Shown one piece after another: positions 61,336-64,000 of a DNA stretch of 64,000 nt. Position 1 is the first letter of the stretch. Every line of letters begins with the position of its first letter. A model generated the notes under the pieces. The model saw only the letters and a program-made list of their open reading frames with translations, did no database searches and was not told the origin of the DNA. Location: NCBI RefSeq assembly GCF_036507355.1, contig NZ_AP027877.1, one strand, 5' to 3'. The position numbers and the translations under genes were made by a program. Source of the stretch: Escherichia coli. GTDB lineage: Bacteria > Pseudomonadota > Gammaproteobacteria > Enterobacterales > Enterobacteriaceae.

Positions 61336-61764
61336 TTACGTTTTGGTAGCAATCAGGATTGCTGATGCTTTGATCAACGCAATAACGCGTGAGCCAGTGG
61401 TAAGTTTCATTTCATCCTGACTTTCATTTGTTACCACTGCCACAATTTCAAAACCCGCATCCGTTTTGATATGGACAGTGGCGTTCACTGCGCCTTCGGT
61501 GATTGTCGACACGCTGCCAGCAAACTGGTTGCGAGCAGAGAATTTCAGTCCACAGTCTTCCGTGGCCAGCGTTACCCACGGGGCTTTAATCAGGGCAATC
61601 GCTTCTTTCCCTTTTGCCAGCCCCAGAGCCTGTTGGCTGCTGTGTGTAACAATCGCCACCAGTTTTGCACCACCTGCCAGCGTCAGTTCTACTTCGTCAT
61701 TCACCGCGCCCATTGCTACTGCGCTAACTGTTCCGGTTAATTGATTTCTTGCTGAAACTGCCAT
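61336..61764 (-). CDS. Tandem TOBE (Mop-like molbindin) domain protein
   Basis: Start placed at MAVSARNQ (ATG 61764) after an AAGGAGG RBS; two repeated halves (ARNQLTGTVS / ARNQFAGSVS); 45 bp downstream of the fhlA stop on the same strand. Confidence 0.7.
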   Translation of the reverse strand: MAVSARNQLTGTVSAVAMGAVNDEVELTLAGGAKLVAIVTHSSQQALGLAKGKEAIALIKAPWVTLATEDCGLKFSARNQFAGSVSTITEGAVNATVHIKTDAGFEIVAVVTNESQDEMKLTTGSRVIALIKASAILIATKT

Positions 61765-61808
61765 ACTGCCTCCTTTCATTGAATGTTGATCGAGTATAAC
61801 CACATCTG

Positions 61809-63923
61809 TTAAATCAATGCCGATTTATCAATTCCCAGTCGCTTCATCCGTGACAGCAGGGTCGTGCGTTTCAGCCCCAGACGTTGCGCAGCGCCTTTAG
61901 GCCCGGCAACCACGCCGTTAGTTTCTTTCAGCACGCGAACAATCAACTGATATTCATCTTCGCCCTCCTGAGCGACAACCGTTGCGGCAGGCGGCGTTTC
62001 AGGCTCCGGTAAAGCAATATCTGGCAATGACAGCTGCAGCACGTTGCCGCGTGTTAGCAATACCGCGCGCTCAATGACGTTTTCCAGTTCGCGTACGTTA
62101 CCCGGCCACTCCATATTGCTCAAGGTGCGCAACGTCTCGGCAGGAATGCTGTCGATATTGCGCCCCAGACGACGGGCAATTTTGAAGGTAAAGGCTTTCG
62201 CCAGCAGCGGAATATCTTCCGGACGCTCGCGTAGTGGCGGAAGGTGAATCGGGAATACGTTCAGGCGGTAATAGAGATCGCTACGGAACTCACGGTCGGC
62301 GACCATTTTTTTCAGATCGCGGTTAGTCGCGGCGATTAGACGCACGTCCGTCTGAATGATTTTGTTGCTGCCGAGGCGTTCAAACTCCTGTTCCTGCAAT
62401 ACACGCAGCAACTTCGGCTGTAACTCCAGTGGCATATCGCCCACTTCGTCGAGGAACAGGGAGCTTTTATCCGCCAGTTCAAAACGACCGATACGCTGGG
62501 CGCTGGCACCGGTAAAAGCCCCACGCTCATGACCAAACAGATCGCTCTCCAGCAATCCGGCAGGCATCGCCGCGCAGTTCATTTTGACCATGCGGCGATT
62601 ATTACGCCCACTGAGATTATGGATAGCACGGGCAATCAGCTCTTTACCCGTGCCAGTTTCACCGAGGATCAGCACGGTACTGTCACTTTGCGCCACCATT
62701 TCAACTTGTTTAAGCACGCTGTACATGGCTTCGCTGCGGCCAATAATCTCGCCAAATTCACTATCAACATTGTTGAGCTGCTCGGTCAGGGCGAGGTTTT
62801 CATCAACCAGCCGTTCTTTCAGACGATGGATTTCCTGATAGGCGAGGGCGTTATCGACAGCGATTGCCACACGTTCGGCAATCTGGCGCAGTAAATTCAG
62901 ATTGGTAGTGGTAAACACTTTCTCTTCACATTGCGCCAGTTTCAGCACGCCCAGCATGGTGTCGCCAGACATCAGCGGTAACAGGCACAAGGTTTGAATC
63001 TGGTTGCCCCAGGTGTCGAACAACATGCGTTCATAGGGGGCTAAATCATCCCGCTCGTGGAGATTAATCAGCAGCATCTCTTTACTTTTGAACACGCGTT
63101 CGGTGAGGGTTCCGGCTTCATCGACTTCGCTCTGTTCGTGGGCGGGATGCTGTTTATCAAGATAGTGAGTGGAGTAGATGTTGAGTTTGTTTTTACGGTG
63201 GCTGCGTAAGACGATACTGATATCGTCAATATCGAAATAGTAATGGATTTCTTTGGCGACTTCGCTGACCAGTTCGTCCATATCCAGGCGGGAAAGCACC
63301 GCGTTGGTGATGGCGACCAGGATGCGGAAGTTATCGCGTTCCCGGCATAACAACTCATAGTCGACATTGTTAACGACGCGACTCTGGATTTGTTCGGTGA
63401 CGACAGAAACGATCTGCGTAAATGTTTGCAGACGATTGAACTCTTTTTCGCTCCAGGGGCGATCGTCATAACGAATAAATTCACAGCCACCAAAAATATG
63501 CCCTTCCGCCGCCAGTGGCATCAGGCAATAGTGAGCAAATTTTGGGTATAGCCCACCTGCGGCCAGCTGCGGCCAGGTTTCACAAAATTCTTCGTAACTG
63601 CAATGCAGCGTATCAGGGCGCGACAAAATGCTGCGTACCGGACCGTGTGCCAGAACAGTTTCGTCTTCATATTTAATGGGGGTGTCTTTTTCACGCGATG
63701 CGTAATAAGACGCACGTTGAGTCTGCGCTTGCCACAACACAATAGCCGCGTTGTCGGCGAGCGCAGAACGCTTTACCAGTTGCGAAAGAGCCTCACACAG
63801 CGAGGCCAGATCGGGCTGCTGCAATAGTGTCCGAGTGATGTCGAACAACCCTTGCTGTCCGAGATCACTCATCGGTGTATATGACATTTTGTTCTTCCAG
63901 GAAAGCACCGCAAAGCGGTGCAA
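61809..63923 (-). CDS. fhlA: Formate hydrogenlyase transcriptional activator FhlA (sigma-54-dependent)
   Basis: 704-aa ORF with GAF, AAA+ (GETGTGKE, GAFTGA) and HTH regions. Confidence 0.95.
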   Translation of the reverse strand: MHRFAVLSWKNKMSYTPMSDLGQQGLFDITRTLLQQPDLASLCEALSQLVKRSALADNAAIVLWQAQTQRASYYASREKDTPIKYEDETVLAHGPVRSILSRPDTLHCSYEEFCETWPQLAAGGLYPKFAHYCLMPLAAEGHIFGGCEFIRYDDRPWSEKEFNRLQTFTQIVSVVTEQIQSRVVNNVDYELLCRERDNFRILVAITNAVLSRLDMDELVSEVAKEIHYYFDIDDISIVLRSHRKNKLNIYSTHYLDKQHPAHEQSEVDEAGTLTERVFKSKEMLLINLHERDDLAPYERMLFDTWGNQIQTLCLLPLMSGDTMLGVLKLAQCEEKVFTTTNLNLLRQIAERVAIAVDNALAYQEIHRLKERLVDENLALTEQLNNVDSEFGEIIGRSEAMYSVLKQVEMVAQSDSTVLILGETGTGKELIARAIHNLSGRNNRRMVKMNCAAMPAGLLESDLFGHERGAFTGASAQRIGRFELADKSSLFLDEVGDMPLELQPKLLRVLQEQEFERLGSNKIIQTDVRLIAATNRDLKKMVADREFRSDLYYRLNVFPIHLPPLRERPEDIPLLAKAFTFKIARRLGRNIDSIPAETLRTLSNMEWPGNVRELENVIERAVLLTRGNVLQLSLPDIALPEPETPPAATVVAQEGEDEYQLIVRVLKETNGVVAGPKGAAQRLGLKRTTLLSRMKRLGIDKSALI

Positions 63924-64000
63924 AAGGTCATTGACTAACTATAGGAGATTTAGAATTTTATTAGCATATACGCGGAAGCGGTTCGGCGTGTGGTAAATCG

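Overview
This window reads as an Escherichia coli / Shigella-type chromosomal segment covering queF-syd-csrB through gudPXD, barA, rlmD-relA-mazEF-mazG-pyrG-eno, the ygc cluster, cysJIH, a type I-E CRISPR-Cas locus, cysDNC, ispDF, surE-pcm-nlpD-rpoS and the rpoS-mutS variable region to fhlA. It is in the opposite orientation to the usual K-12 map and is not K-12. Most of it is conserved housekeeping sequence that I recognise with high confidence. The most notable feature is a decayed type I-E CRISPR-Cas locus: cas3 is split by a complete IS1 with a 9-bp target duplication, the interference genes cse1, cse2, cas6e and most of cas7 and cas5 are missing, cas1 lacks its 5' end and only cas2 looks intact. 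Three short CRISPR arrays with canonical 29-bp repeats and 32-bp spacers survive, one next to cas2 and two between queE and ygcE. Other points worth a second look are an intact Hok-family toxin ORF between cysH and cas3, a low-GC lemA / TPM-domain / small membrane ORF island next to eno, single in-frame stop codons in gudP (TAA) and ygcG (TAG), an apparent loss of ygcW with 5' truncation of ygcU, a MarR-regulated UbiX/UbiD-type decarboxylase operon (ecdBCD) between rpoS and mutS, and a tandem TOBE-domain gene downstream of fhlA. Comparisons to K-12 are from memory, not from a database search. I found nothing that needs a wholly new system to explain it; the accessory segments are the candidates to follow up.
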